A stretch of 63,728 nt of DNA, filler included, from Hyphochytrium catenoides (lineage: Eukaryota > Protista > Hyphochytriomycota): assembly GCA_900088475.1 (NCBI GenBank). It is 10 parts of 10 records of this genome, joined end to end, with 100 filler letters (N's around TTAATTAATTAA, not from the genome) between each part and the next. Parts side by side here need not be neighbours in the genome. Positions count along the whole stretch, not along the records: positions 1 to 7,964 come from FLMG01003653.1; positions 8,065 to 14,596 come from FLMG01001736.1; 8 more parts are not named here. One strand, written 5' to 3'. The notes beneath the pieces were generated by a model. It did not search any database. It was not told the DNA's origin and saw nothing but the letters and a program-made list of their open reading frames with translations. This document shows positions 1 to 12,408 of the stretch, one piece after another; the stretch's first letter is position 1; each line of letters opens with the position of its first letter. A program made the position numbers and the translations under genes.

Positions 1-1234
1 CTCCCGTCCCTCCCGATGCAGATCTGACAGAGTTTCTCTCCGAGAGCTCAAGTGATGAGGAGGAAGAGGAAGGAGAAGAGAGAAAGAGAAATGAAGCAGG
101 AGAGGGAGAAGAGGTATGATGGAGCTTGAGTTTCTCCTCACTGATGTCTCTCTCTTTTTCCTTCTTTCTCTCTCTCTATAAATTATTCCATCTCTCTCTT
201 TTCCCATCTCTGTTTGTCCTTGTCCCTCTGACTCCTGTGTCTCCCTCTCTTCCTTTTTTCTCTGACTCCTTTCCTTGTCTCTCTCTCTCTCCCTCTCTCT
301 TTGCCTCTGTGTCTCTCGTTCTCCCTCTCTCTTCTTGTGTCTCTCCCTCCTCCTTTGCCTCTATGGGACCTATTTCTCTCATGGCTAACCTTTCCTCTTC
401 GCTTTTTCGTTTGGTAGGAAGAATCCCTCATCGCGACGTCTGCCCAATTTTCTGTCTTTCAGAACGAGAAGGACAGAGTTAAGGTTAGTGACTGCTGCGC
501 GGAGAAAAGGGAGAGAGAGATGAGAGAGACACAGAAGGAGACATAGAGAGAGAAAGACAGATATATATCTGGGAGAGAGAGAGAGAAAGAAGGAGGGGGA
601 GAGAGGATGGAAGGGAGAGAACACTTAGGCAAGAGTTACACTTCCAGATAAATCTTCTTTTGCAGATCTCGCTCTCCGTCTCTTACTCCCTCTGTCTCTC
701 TCTCTCTCTCTCTTCTTCTCCTTCTCTCTATTCATACCCCCCTCTCCTCCCCTGACCTCTCTCTGTCTTTCTCTCTCTCATTTTGCGCTCTTCCAGCTAT
801 TCAATCAGGTGCTTGGTATCAAGTCTGGGGCGTCAGTGGAAGAGGCAGAGAAGGCTTTACAAGGCCTCCTAACCTCGAGGTACCTCCACTTGCTGGTCTC
901 TCTCTGCTGGTCTTTTCCGAGACCTCTCGTCCTTCCTTCCCCCGATGCTCTCTCTTACGTGCTTTCTCTCTCTCTTCAAGATGACCTATTACTCTTCTTC
1001 GCACTCTGACTCGTTCTTTCTGGCGTTGCTTCTCTCCATGGTACACTTCCCTCTCCGTCTTTGTCTCTCTCTCTCTTTCTCTCTTACTTTCATTGTACCA
1101 GCTTCAAGTGTGCGGTCATCCTTATGCGAAGCGGAAGATTTGCCGCTGGTATCTTTGAGAGGAACTCACTCCTTTGCCACAAGACATTTCAGAGGTAAAA
1201 GTAGCACGCGGAAGTTCTCTNNNNNNNNNNNNNN

Positions 1235-1280
<46 letters not shown>

Positions 1281-3758
1281 AGGCGCAAAGTCGTAAGAGA
1301 GAGAAAGGGACAAGAAGTATAAGAGGGGGCTACAAGGGACGGGGTTATCAGAAAGATTAGCACTATGGAAAGATTGGACGGAGCACCCATGAGAGGAAAG
1401 ACGACAAGTAAGAAAGATGGCATGAAAGTTGGCCATCTCATTCTCTCAGTCCGCCTGTCTCTTCTCATCGCTGACAGCCAGGTCGTTCAATCTGTGCCTC
1501 TCAATTGCTTTTTCTCTCTCTCTTTCTTTTCCTTCTCTCTTCTCAAACAAGGTACACGACCAGAAGAAAGCAAGGGGGCTCTCAGTCTGCTCATGACGCT
1601 GCTGGACGTGCAGCGAAGTCCGCCGGTGCATCGCTGAGGCGATACAACGAGGCAGCTCTCAATGAAGGTCAGTTGGAGAAAAGGAAGGTGTATCGAAGAG
1701 AGAGAGACAGAAGAAGAGAGAGAGAATGAGAGAGAGAGAGTGGGTGAAAGACAAGAGAGAGAGAAAAGTGAAAGAGAGAAAAATCAAGTAGGGCGGAGCA
1801 GATTGGTGTTTGAGGATCCACAGACCGTCATCTTTGCTTGGTGAGCAGATCCTTCGTTTGCTCCTCTTTTCTTATCCAGCCTCTCTCTCTTTTCTCTTCT
1901 CTTCCACACCACAGAGGTGTCACAGCTCCTCCAAAGCTGGGCTGCGGAGCTGCTGGCCTGCGATCTCGTCTTCCTCAGTGTCTCAAAGAGGAACAGGACT
2001 ACGCTGCTCAATGAGGCTAAGTCCCCTCTCCACAAGAGTAAGAGACTCTTTCTACTCTGTTTCTCTTTGGCTCAACCCGCTGGTTCCATTCTTCTTCATT
2101 TGGACTTCCTTCTTTTTCTTCTACGGCAGACTTATTACTCTCTCTCTCTCTCTCTTTCTCTCTTTATTTCTCCCTCTCTCCCTCTAGCCTAACTAATTGC
2201 TCTAGTTTTCCGGATCTATTCAGTAGCTTCCCTTCTCCTGGTCCTTCTTTGTCTCTCCACTAAGCTTCCTCTCTCCTCTTTTTGGCTCTCTCTCTTCTTG
2301 CCTTTCTTCATCTCTTCAAATCGCATTCATCCAGATGATCCTCGCATTCGCTCTGTTCCTTTCGCCACGCGGCGCCCTACAATGGAGGAGGTGAAGGCTA
2401 CGCATCAGAGGCTGCTCAGGGTGACACTCGAGCCAGTAGAGAAGAAGGAGAAGAGAGAGGAAGACCGCGCACAGTCCACCATGGTAGAAGAAGGAGCCTT
2501 CTCCCTCTCTCTCTCTCGCTTCTTCTCTATCCTCCGCTTTGGATGTTGCCGTTGCTGACTGAACCTACCATCCCTTACAGGTAGAGGCAGAGAACGGAAT
2601 GCTTGCGCTTACTGTCCAAGGAGATGCATCCCTCTCATTAGAACAGGGTGAGGAAGAACAAGAGGAAGAAGAACAGACGGAAGATAAAGCTGAAGAAGAG
2701 ACAGAGCTCTTCCGCGCAATCCGAGAGAATGATCTCAAGACAGTGACAACTTTGCTTCAGACGCTAGGAGAAGAGGAGATTAACGAGAGGACTCAAGATG
2801 CAGAAGGTAGGATAAAGGAAAGAAGGGCGATCCGCTTCAGGAGAGAGAGGGATAAAGGAGAGAAGGAAAACGGATGTGGAAAGAGAGTGTAAGAGAGGAG
2901 AGAGAAAGGCCTCTTCTCTGTAGCATTAGCATGTCGTAGGATTCACTCTAGTGTCTGCCTTTCTCCTTGAATCCTCCCCTTCAATTAAGTTATTGTCAGC
3001 TTTCGCATTACTCTCTCTCCCTCTCAGCTTTCGCTCGGTTTCCTTTCCACATACTCCTTCTGTCTTGCACCCTGGGCACAACTTCCCTGCTGGTACCTTC
3101 AAATAACTCTCTCTCCCCCTCTCTCCCTCTTGTTTCTTCTCTAGGCCTGACAGCCCTACATGTCGCTGCACAGCTAGGACACGCCAAGCTTGTCTCTCTC
3201 CTCCTACATTCGGGAGCAAGTCCTCAGCTCCTGGACTTTCGAGAGAGACCGCCGTACTTTCTCTCTAAAAACCAACCGACAAGAGATGCGTTTAGGCGCT
3301 TCTACGGAGAGTTTCCAACTAAATATAACTATGGCTTAGCAGGCATCAGCTCTGCGCTCACAGAAGAGATGGAAGAGAAGAGAAGGCAAAAGCAACGAGA
3401 AAAGAGAAAGAGAGCAAAGGAGAGGAAGAAAGAAGGGAAAGCTGCAGCAGAGGAAGAAGAGGAAGACGCTGATAAAGAGGAAGAGGAAGACGGGGAGACG
3501 AAGCAGCAAGAGGAGGAGAGAGAGAGAAGACCCTACTCTACTTCTACCAAGGGAGGAAAGAGAGCCAACGCTGCAATGCGGAGCCAGATATTAAGCGGAG
3601 GAGGAAGGAAAATGGCACCTCCTCTTTCCATTCCTATTCGCGGTGGGGAAGAGACGGGGGAAAGAGAGAGACCACGGCCGTCTGTCCCCCAGCCTACTCC
3701 TGAGGAGAAGAGACGGCTCATGCTAGAGGCAGCGATGAAGCGTCTAGGACAGTCGTAG
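1..3758 (+). CDS. ANKZF1: Vms1/ANKZF1-like protein (VLRF1 domain, ankyrin repeats, C-terminal VIM); multi-exon, 5' end truncated by window edge
   Basis: Spliced exons give FKCAVILMRSGRFAAGIFERNSLLCHKTFQR (~1101-1194) | YTTRRKQGGSQSAHDAAGRAAKSAGASLRRYNEAALNE (~1552-1667), the VLRF1 signature with GSQ. Then EVSQLLQSWAAELLACDLVF (~1914-2037), DDPRIRSVPFATRRPT (~2334-2483), ankyrin GLTALHVAAQLGHAKLVSLLLHSGASP (~3144 on), and terminal RRLMLEAAMKRL (VCP-interacting RxxxxxAAxxR). GT-AG boundaries. Confidence 0.93.
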
Positions 3759-3906
3759 ACACGATGAGAAGAACGATATCCTTGGTAGTCGTGAGGAAGA
3801 CATTGTATCCTCCTCTCCCTGGCCTTGCAGACGCTGCCGCTCTCTCTCTTTCTCTCTTTTCTTCTCCCGGCAGTAAGTTCCCAACCGCTAGCTGAATCTG
3901 GCGCTG

Positions 3907-5333
3907 TCACCCAGTGACGGCCGTAAGATTAGCTTTGTACATCTCTGGAAGCCCAGAGGGAAGAGGGATAAGGCTGTCCCGCCTTCTCGTGAAGTACTTA
4001 CTGGGAGTTTCTTCTTCCATTTCCTCTCCTCTACTCGCTTTCTCCGCTGATCCTCTGGACTGAGAGCAGCCTCCCATCTCTCTCTTCAGTGAGGAAACGT
4101 TTGTATGAAGTGAAGGAGACCTTGGAGGAAGAGGAGAAGAGATTCTACTTCCTCTCCGAAGCGGTGAAGGAGAAATAGTGTGGGAAGAAGAAGCAAGGGA
4201 AGATCTTGAGGTTGAGAAGCTTGATGTCTTCCTCTCTCTTCTTCCTAGGGGAGAAACGCGAGATGCAGAAGGTCGAACAGCCACTTTCTGGCTCTTGAGC
4301 TTATTCTCTGCGAGGAGTAGTTGCTTCTTCAGCTCTCTGAAAGAGGCGGAGCAACGAGAGAGAAAGAGAGAAACAATAGAGTCGCAGAAAGTAACCTGGT
4401 CAGATATCTAATGTTCTAAGACTTACGAAGTGCCCGTCAAAGCAAAATAAGGAAGCGAAAGCTCCGACCGTTGGGCCATTGCATATTCAGTCATAGAGAG
4501 AAGCAGAACGATGGTTGAGAGAAAAGGTTGCAAAGAGGAGAGAGAGAGAGACAGAGAGTCAGGCAAGAGGGAGAGAGACTCTTACGCTATCTCCTTGCTC
4601 TTGGCAGTTTTCTCCGTATTCAGGGCAGCTTTTCCGGCTTTTTCTTCTTGGAGTTGTGAGGAGACGTGGTCCAGCTAGGCGCAAAGAATAGGGCGAAAGA
4701 GGAATATTGGATTGGAAGCTCAGATCGAGGGAGTAAAGACAGAGTCTCTCTTACCGTGCTGCCTCTTTTCTCTCTTGCTCTCTCTCTGTTTCTCCCCCAT
4801 TTACAACTCTAACTTCACGTAGACTGAGTATATCTCTCCTTGGTCTTTATAACCTCCTCTTCATTCCTCTTCTCTCTGTCTGTCTCTCTTTTCTCTCTCC
4901 GGTGCTCCGTCATCTCTCTCTCTCTTGTCTGAGTACCTTGCGCTGAGCCTTCGCAGCGTTATCCTCAAGTCGTGCCGACTTCTTCTCTAGTTGGGCTCGA
5001 GCCTCCTCCGCCTCCTTCTGAACTTTAGCTGCTTCTTTCTTAGAGAAGAAAGGAAAAGAAGAGAGACACGAAGGAGAGGGAATTAAAGTCAAACCCCATG
5101 AAAGATAGGAAAGGCCAGACGATTATTTATGCAAGAAGGGAGAGAGACAGACTGAGAGAAACAGAAGTGTGAAAGTGGACAAAAGAGAAGCTTTATGTTT
5201 ATGAGAAGGTGGAAAGAGAACAGGTCAGAGACACAAAGGATGATCTAGCAATTAGGCAACGTGGGGAGACAGACAAAATATGAGACTAATGGAGAAAGGA
5301 ATAAACAGAGGGAGAGAGAGGAAGCGTAGGATC

Positions 5334-5374
<41 letters not shown>

Positions 5375-6254
5375 AAGTCTTGTTGACAAGAGAAACAAAG
5401 CTCATAAGCTTTTGTCACACTCCCCGCTTTATCTCTGTTTTTAACTTTTTGTCCCTTTCTCTCATTCTCTCTCTTACCTTGAGCCTATCATTTTCTTCTT
5501 CCAGTTCTCCTATCTCCTCAGATAACCTACTAATCTGCAAGAGATAGGCGGAGTTGGCACAGGAGAGAGAGCGATTCTCTGCTTCAAGTCTGTCTCTCTC
5601 TTTCTGCTTTTGAAGAAGAAAGCGTTGGGAGGAGCGGAGATGCTTGCACTCCAGGGAAAGCTGTAGGAGGTCCACGAGTGAGTGGGAGGCAGGTAGGTCA
5701 GCGATGATTAAGGCGACAGCGGCAAAGTAGAAGTGAGAGGAAAAGCAGAGAAAAGAGAAAGACAGCAAAGGACAGAAAAGTGAGGAGAGAATCGCAGAGT
5801 AGGCGACTGAAAGTAGGGGAGAAAAGGAACGAAGAGCGAGAGAAGAGAGAAAAACGAGAGAGAGACAAGGATAGGAGAAAAGGAGGGAGCGAGAGAAAGA
5901 GGAGAGCGAGAGAAGTGGAGCCTATAGAATAACTGTTATCCTTTGAGAGCTGTGCTTGCGGTTACTTTCCATAGCAAGCACACCAAAAAAGAGAGAGGAG
6001 ACACAAAAACAACGACTGGGAAGAGAGAGAGAGAGAAGGAGAAATAAAGGGAGGCACACAGAAGAGAAAGACGGTTTGCTAGTCACAAACCATTGGAGTG
6101 GGAGAAGGACAAAAGAGAGAGAAGCATCGCCTGCTTAGAAGACGGAAAGAGTAAGTCGTGCTCTTACTGCCTTGACTTCCATCACCAACTGCAGGATAAT
6201 TTTGGCAGTGACATCATCCGGAAGAGAAGAGAGAAAGAGGGCTGCAAAGACAGG

Positions 6255-6307
<53 letters not shown>

Positions 6308-7027
6308 CAGAGCACGTGAGCAGAGAGATGGAGAGTGGTGGAGTACAGAATTAAGTTAACGTCCTCAGTCCAAGGTGCATCTCGAACCAGGGAAAATGAG
6401 AGCAAAGAAGCAGTCCGTACGAAGGGCAAAAGAGAGAAAATTTGATGGCAAAAGACAAAATTTGAGAGAGAAAGAGAAAGAGCGGGAGAAACGTAGAAGG
6501 AGATGACTCTAAAGATAAGGTGGGAGAGAGAAGGTGACAGAGACACAGCAAAAGGCCAAAGAAGGGGGGAAGGGATTTATATAGACGAAAGTGCAGCGAG
6601 AGAGAAGAGAGGGAAACGGATAAGCGAGAGAGAAGAGAGGGAAAGAGAGAGGAGACAGAGAGAGAGAGAGAGAGAGAGCAAAGAGAGAGAGAGAAAGGAA
6701 GGAAAAAGCAGAACAACAGGGAGAGAGAGCTAGAAAGACGTTTAGGAAGAAGGGAGAGAGAGGTTGCCCAACTGGCGAGAAGAGGGAGAGAGATCGAAAA
6801 ATTCGGGAGGAGAGAGATTAGGAAAGAGAGGAACAGGGAGCACTAACAGACCAGCCTGCCCCTTGCGGCAAATAAAGAGCCTTACCCTGCTGCTCTGGCT
6901 GTGAGAAGATCCCTTGAATCTTATTCGCATCCATTGACGAGATGATCAGCTTCAAACAGCTGCAGACAAGAGAGACAAGAGATCATTCCTCGCCTTCTAT
7001 AATTTTAATGATTAACCAGAAGGCACC

Positions 7028-7064
<37 letters not shown>

Positions 7065-7877
7065 ACAAGCAAAACCGCGAGAAAGAGAGGGGCACTGACC
7101 AGGGAAAGCGAGAGAGAGGGCGCCCCAAAAGAGAGAGAGTGACAGAGAGAGAGAGCACGCGAGAAAGAAAAAGATAGCACTAGATATATGGGGAGAGAAG
7201 GGACCCAAAAGAGACAAGAAATGTAAAGAGCGGACTGCTATACAGAGAGAGCAGTAACGAGAAACAAGGAAAGAGACACAAGGCAAGACTCTGGTCTCAG
7301 TCTTACAGCTGCAGGAGAGAAGGAATCTTCTTTGGCTTCATCTTCTTCCCTTGTCCCTGAGCTTCATTGCTTTCTGCAGGCGCCGCGCTAGGCTCTGGGA
7401 TGAGAACTATGAAGAGCAAAGAGCTATGAGAAGAGAAAACGGAAGAGGGAAGAGAAGGGTAAGGAGAAAAGAAAGACTAAACGAAGTGGGAGAGGACATC
7501 ATAATACAGAGATAAAAGGAAGAGAGAGCTGGAAAAAAGAGGAAGAGAAGAAGTTTAAAGAGAAGAGAAAGCGTCTTACGTGTTCTGCATCTGTTGATAT
7601 GGATGCCTATGGATCTAGAGCCGTACTCCTGGTGACAGTGAGGGCACTGATGCATACGAGGCCTCCTCCGTGTGACATCTTCGTGTCTTTCTCTCTCTCT
7701 CTCTCCCTCTCTCTCTCCCTCTCTCTCTCCCTCTCTCCCTCTCCGTCCGCTGGACCTAGCGCTACCATGGGCCCTGGGAGGAGGAGTCATGTCTATCTCC
7801 CAGGCATGGACGAGCTCCCCTCCCCGATGTACTGGACGAGGCTGAACGTCATCAAGAGAGACACTGAAGGGAAACAT
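3907..7877 (-). CDS. Multi-exon coiled-coil protein with an N-terminal C2HC-type zinc finger, function unknown
   Basis: HQCPHCHQEYGSRSIGIHINRCRT (~7580-7660), then coiled-coil exons (LSLECKHLRSSQRFLLQKQKERDRLEAENRSL ~5478-5660; KEAAKVQKEAEEARAQLEKKSARLEDNAAKAQRK ~4937-5040) and a Ser/Pro-rich last exon ending at 3907. Exons are flanked by GT/AG on the minus strand. Confidence 0.55.
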
Positions 7878-8008
7878 GGCCTTCTTTCTCTTTCCTGATC
7901 TTGTCCACTGCTAGCACTTTTTCCGCCACGCGACGACGATCGTGTCTTTCTCGCTTTCCTCTGANNNNNNNNNNNNNNNNNNNNNNNNNNNNNNNNNNNN
8001 NNNNNNNN

Positions 8009-8020
8009 TTAATTAATTAA
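8009..8020. other. Artificial scaffold linker TTAATTAATTAA within N runs; also at 14641, 16137, 20566, 22515, 26658, 41152, 45129, 46743
   Basis: The same 12-mer, with stops in all six frames, is flanked by ~44 N on each side and occurs nine times. Genes are truncated at these points. Confidence 0.97.
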
Positions 8021-8064
8021 NNNNNNNNNNNNNNNNNNNNNNNNNNNNNNNNNNNNNNNNNNNN

Positions 8065-8536
8065 CAGAGCGTTCAGCCTCTGCTGAAGCAACTCCGCGTC
8101 CCTGCCAATGTCAGGGGAGACGGAGCTCTGCGTTGGGAACCAAAAGGTGCAGCATTGCTGAGGCACCAAGAAAGGAAGAAGCAGAGAGAGTGCGCGAGGG
8201 CGAGACAGCGGAGCGGGAGAGATTGCGAGACCGGAGAGCGAGAGAGACAATGAAAGACAGAGAGAGAGGTAGAGGTAGAAAGAGAGACGGAGAGCGACGG
8301 AGGAAGAGCGCAAAGGGATTGTAAGTGCAAAGTAGGAAGAGAGAGTCACCTGGCAATCCCGCTCGACAGAGAACGGAGACAGCGAAAGGCAGGATAGCCG
8401 AGGACAGACGGTGCCCGAGAGGAGACATTCACAGACACAGCGACTAGAGACTGGCACAGCAAAAAGAATAAGAGATAGAGAGGAAAGAAGAAGTAATAGA
8501 CAGAGGCGAGCTCCACCATTTCCCCCCAACATGCTT

Positions 8537-8582
<46 letters not shown>

Positions 8583-9085
8583 NNNNNNNNNNNNNNNNNN
8601 NNNNNNNNNNNNNNNTCTCTCTCTCTCTCTTTCCTCTCTATCTCTTATTCTTTCTTGCTGTCCCAGTCTCTAATCGCTGTGTCTTTGAATGTCTCCTCTC
8701 GGGCACCGTCTGTTCTCGGCTATCCTGCCTTTCGCTGTCTTCCTTCTCTGTCGAGCGGGATTGCCAGGTGACTCTCTCTTCCTACTTTTCACTTACAATC
8801 CCTTTGCGCTCTTCCTCCGTCGCTCTCCGTCTCTCTTTCTACCTCTACCTCTCTCTCTGTCTTTCATTGTCTCTCTCGCTCTCCGGTCTCGCAATCTCTC
8901 CCGCTCCGCTGTCTCGCCCTCGCGCTCTCTCTCTGCTTCTTCCTCCATTTCTCTATGTCTCGCCACTCTCTCTCTCTTTCTTGGTGCCGTAGCAATGCTG
9001 CACCTTTTGGTTCCCAACGCAGAGCTCCGTCTCCCCTGAGATTGGCAGGGACGCGGAGTTGCTTCAGCAGAGGCTGAACGCTCTG
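8065..9085. repeat. ~420-450 bp inverted duplication (8065-~8488 vs ~8625-9085) containing a TruA exon and its upstream intron
   Basis: The left arm is the reverse complement of the right arm, with scattered substitutions and a ~30-bp indel. Both encode QCCTFWFPTQSSVSP[D/E]IGRDAELLQQRLNAL. Confidence 0.9.
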
Positions 9086-10768
9086 TAAGTGTCATAATGC
9101 CACGTTGTTCTCCCTCTCCTCTGTCCACCTTTTCATACTCTCTCTCTCTCTTTCTCGGCGTTCTTCGTGGTTCTCTCTTCCCTTCCCTCTTCTTCCTATG
9201 GGTGTACTGGGAGGCAGTGGTTTCTCTCCCTCCTGCGGGTGCTCTGTCTCTCTTTCTCCCATGTCTTTTTAAAGGGTGCTGCACCTGCGCGGTCGTCTCC
9301 TCCTTGCTTCTTCCTCCCTTTGCCGGTTTATGTTGTCTGGTGACCGTAGACTGCCCCTCGATCCCGCATGCTCTCTCTCTCTCTCTCTTCACCTCTTTCA
9401 CACACACACTCTCTCTCTCTCTCTGTCTCTCTCTACCTGTCTCTCCGTCTGTCTGTCTGTCTCGCTTTGATCCTTTCTGTATCTTCTTGCAACTCTGACT
9501 GACCACCAACTGACTCTTGTCTTGGATCCTATTCTCCTTATCCTTTCTCTCTCCGTCTCTCTCATTGTCTTTCTCTCTCTCCTGTGCCTCTCCCTCCTGT
9601 TAAATCTCTCATTTCTTTCCAGCTTCTCTCCCTCTCAGCTTCGCTTCACCTCTCTCTCTCCCCTGCCGCGGTGGCCTCATGAGGGAACGCGGGCGGCTTA
9701 TAAACAGTACAAATTCTTCGTCCAGCAGGGCCCAGCCTACCTTCCTAGCCTCCGTGCCCACTGCTGGTACGTCAAGAAAGAGCTGAACGTGACGAAGCTA
9801 AGAGGCGCGCTCAGGTAAGACAAGAGGAGGGAGAAAGGGAGAGATAGAGAGAGAAAGAGCTACTCAGACAGAGAGACAGAGAGATCCAGAGATGTAAGGC
9901 GAGGAAAAGAGAGAGACAAAGGGAACAAAGAGAGAAGGAAGGGAGTAGGGGAAGAGAACTGGAAAGCATAAAGAGCGACGCATATTGCAAAGTTTCTCTC
10001 AGTTGTTGGTGGGATCCAAACTCTCTTCGCAACCTCTCTAGCTCTCTTCAGATCTTCCTCTCTCTCACCCCTTTTCTTCCCTGCCTTTCTCTGTCTATCT
10101 CCACTTTTTAACCTCTCTAACTCTCTTTAGATCTCTCTCTGCTCTCCCTTCCGATTCCCCCCTTTCTCAATCTCTCTCTCTCTCTCTCATTCTTCTTCTC
10201 CTGTAGAAGCCATCTTTGCTTACTTGCCTTTCCTTGCGCTCTCTTTCCCGGCGATATTCAGTTTCTTACTCGGGGAGCATGATTTTAGAGGCTTTGGCTG
10301 CCACAACCGGCCGGGGCAGCGTACTGTCTACACGATGGTAGAAGCCAGTCTCTCCGTCATGAGGTGGGAATACCTTAAGGACTTCCCGTCCCCTTCTCGT
10401 CTCCCGAATGCCTCTGCTTTTCCCTGTCCCTCTGTCTGTCTCTCCCTCTCTGTGCCGCTCTCTCTCCCCCCACTTTTCCCCCCTCCACCTCTCTCTTTTT
10501 CTGTGTGTGTGTGTCGCCTTGTCTCTGTGGCTCCTCTCTATTTCTCTTTCTTGCTCTCTCTCTCCCCTGCCTCTCTTTCTAGTCTGCCCTCGTCCCTCAA
10601 TCTCTCTCTTGTTCTGGCTCTGTGTCTTTCTCTTTCGGTTACTCTCTCTCTTCACTGTTTTCTTCTCTCTACCTCTCTCTCGTGGTCCCAGTCTCTATAT
10701 TTGTCTCCCTCTCTTCCTATGCCATTATTAGCTCTGTTATGTGTCCCTCTCGATCTCTCTCTTCTTCT

Positions 10769-10802
<34 letters not shown>

Positions 10803-11427
10803 CCCTCCTTCTCTCTGTGGCGTTCATGGTCCATACTCTTCTCTCCTCTCCCCCGGCGTTTGAGCTTCTTTTTCTCTTTTAATGGAATCGATAGAAATCA
10901 GGTGTCCCCAGAGTGGCCTAACATTCGCTTGACTATTCACCATCAGGGAAGTGGACTTCTCACTCGATCCAAGAACCGCCTGCACGGGACCAGAGCTGAC
11001 AGAGGAAGAGCTAGAGAGAGCAAGAAAGCAGATGCGGAGCGCAGACCAGAATTGGGATAAGAGGGAAGGCGACGGAGAGAGAGAGAGACACACACAAGCG
11101 CTCTTAGGTCCATCCTCGTCACACATTCTCTGCTTTTCCTTCACTGCTACGGGCTTTATAACACATATGATTCGCCGCATCATGGGCACTCTGCGCTGGG
11201 TCGGAGAAGGCAGAGAAGACGCAGAGATCGTCAGCAGAGTACTGAGAGGAGAAGACAGAGCGGGACCCGCCGCGCCAGCCCGAGGGCTCTGGCTCTATCG
11301 CGTTTGGCTAACTGAGGAAGACTTCAAAAGCAGAGATAGACTGACGGTGCCAGAGCGGGCCGACAATGAGGTGCAACGAAGACACAATGAAACGAAAGAC
11401 GCAGTCGAAGACCACCGGCAACAGTGA
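8992..11427 (+). CDS. truA: tRNA pseudouridine(38-40) synthase, TruA family; N-terminal catalytic RTD exon not visible
   Basis: Exons QCCTFWFP..LLQQRLNAL (8992-9084), RAAYKQYKFFVQQGPAYLPSLRAHCWYVKKELNVTKLRGAL (~9640-9814), FLLGEHDFRGFGCHNRPGQRTVYT (~10262-10363) and FSFTATGFITHMIRRIMGTLRWVGEG..AGPAAPARGLWLYRVW (10946-11427) match the TruA motifs GxHDF, gFLxxMVRxxxG and APAxGLxL. Confidence 0.88.
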
Positions 11428-11760
11428 GCAGGAACGTGGTGGTCATTGGCAAGAGGAAACATAAGAGATGCGGTCAAACCTCTCTGTCTCCTCTCTCTCT
11501 CTCTTCGGTGCCAAGCTAGCGAAGGGTGGCTAGAAGTTTATTTATGCCGTTGCCTGGGGTCGCGGACTGGGGATCCGCGCCAGGAGCTAACTATTTACAG
11601 AATAATATCTATGCTTCTTCCACTCTTTCTGCTTCCTCGTCCTCTCCCTTCCAAATTTAGCCCTTCTTCTTTTCTATCTCTGTTTCGCTTGCCTCTCCTG
11701 ATGTACAATAGCCACCCGATACTAGTGTGAGGTGCCCGCGCTCTGTCTCCCCCGTTAATT

Positions 11761-12408
11761 TCAGCCAAAGGAAAGAGCTCTGCTTCTTTCAAGCGCTTGA
11801 CTGGCTTGCCTGTCACTGTCAAGGCTTCCCTGTGCGGTCTGCAGGTAGTCGTCCTGCACGGTGGAGAAGAACTGAAGCAAAGTATGTGCTTGCCTGTACT
11901 TCGCTGCTAAAATAAACCGAGCCACGGCGCGCATCTTTAGCCCCGCGATTGCCCAGAGCTTCTTGCCCGTCCGCAATGGCTTTGGCTGTGGTTTGGAGCT
12001 CTGGTCCGTTTGATGTGGATCGCGTTCAAGCTTGGTGACAACGATGCCACGTTTGACGTCCACAAGGAAGGTGCTTGGACGAAGAACAATGCCATTAGAA
12101 GGAAAAGTGATGGGAGTGAGGACGCTCAGCTTTCTGCGCTTGTTTACTGGGCTCAGCTGGTTCTGATGCTGTGGAGACAAGCTGAGAGATGGCTGACGAA
12201 TAGCCTGCTTTACCCGCAAACCAGAAGGAGAAGCTGCTGGGTGCGTTGGCCAAGCGTGATTTAAGTCCCTGTGTGATGGAGTTGTCGCCATGGGACTCTG
12301 AGAGCCCAACGTTGCTGATGAACCTTTCTTCGTAACACCGTCTGGGTCAGAGAAAGGCCCGCAAAGGACTGCAGGAGGTTGCATGGTCTTCTTCTTGAAG
12401 GCAGCCAT
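11761..12408 (-). CDS. Hypothetical protein (probable last exon; upstream exons possibly to ~12900)
   Basis: 215-aa ORF of ordinary composition with no microsatellite. No family recognised. Confidence 0.4.
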   Translation of the reverse strand: MAAFKKKTMQPPAVLCGPFSDPDGVTKKGSSATLGSQSPMATTPSHRDLNHAWPTHPAASPSGLRVKQAIRQPSLSLSPQHQNQLSPVNKRRKLSVLTPITFPSNGIVLRPSTFLVDVKRGIVVTKLERDPHQTDQSSKPQPKPLRTGKKLWAIAGLKMRAVARFILAAKYRQAHTLLQFFSTVQDDYLQTAQGSLDSDRQASQALERSRALSFG

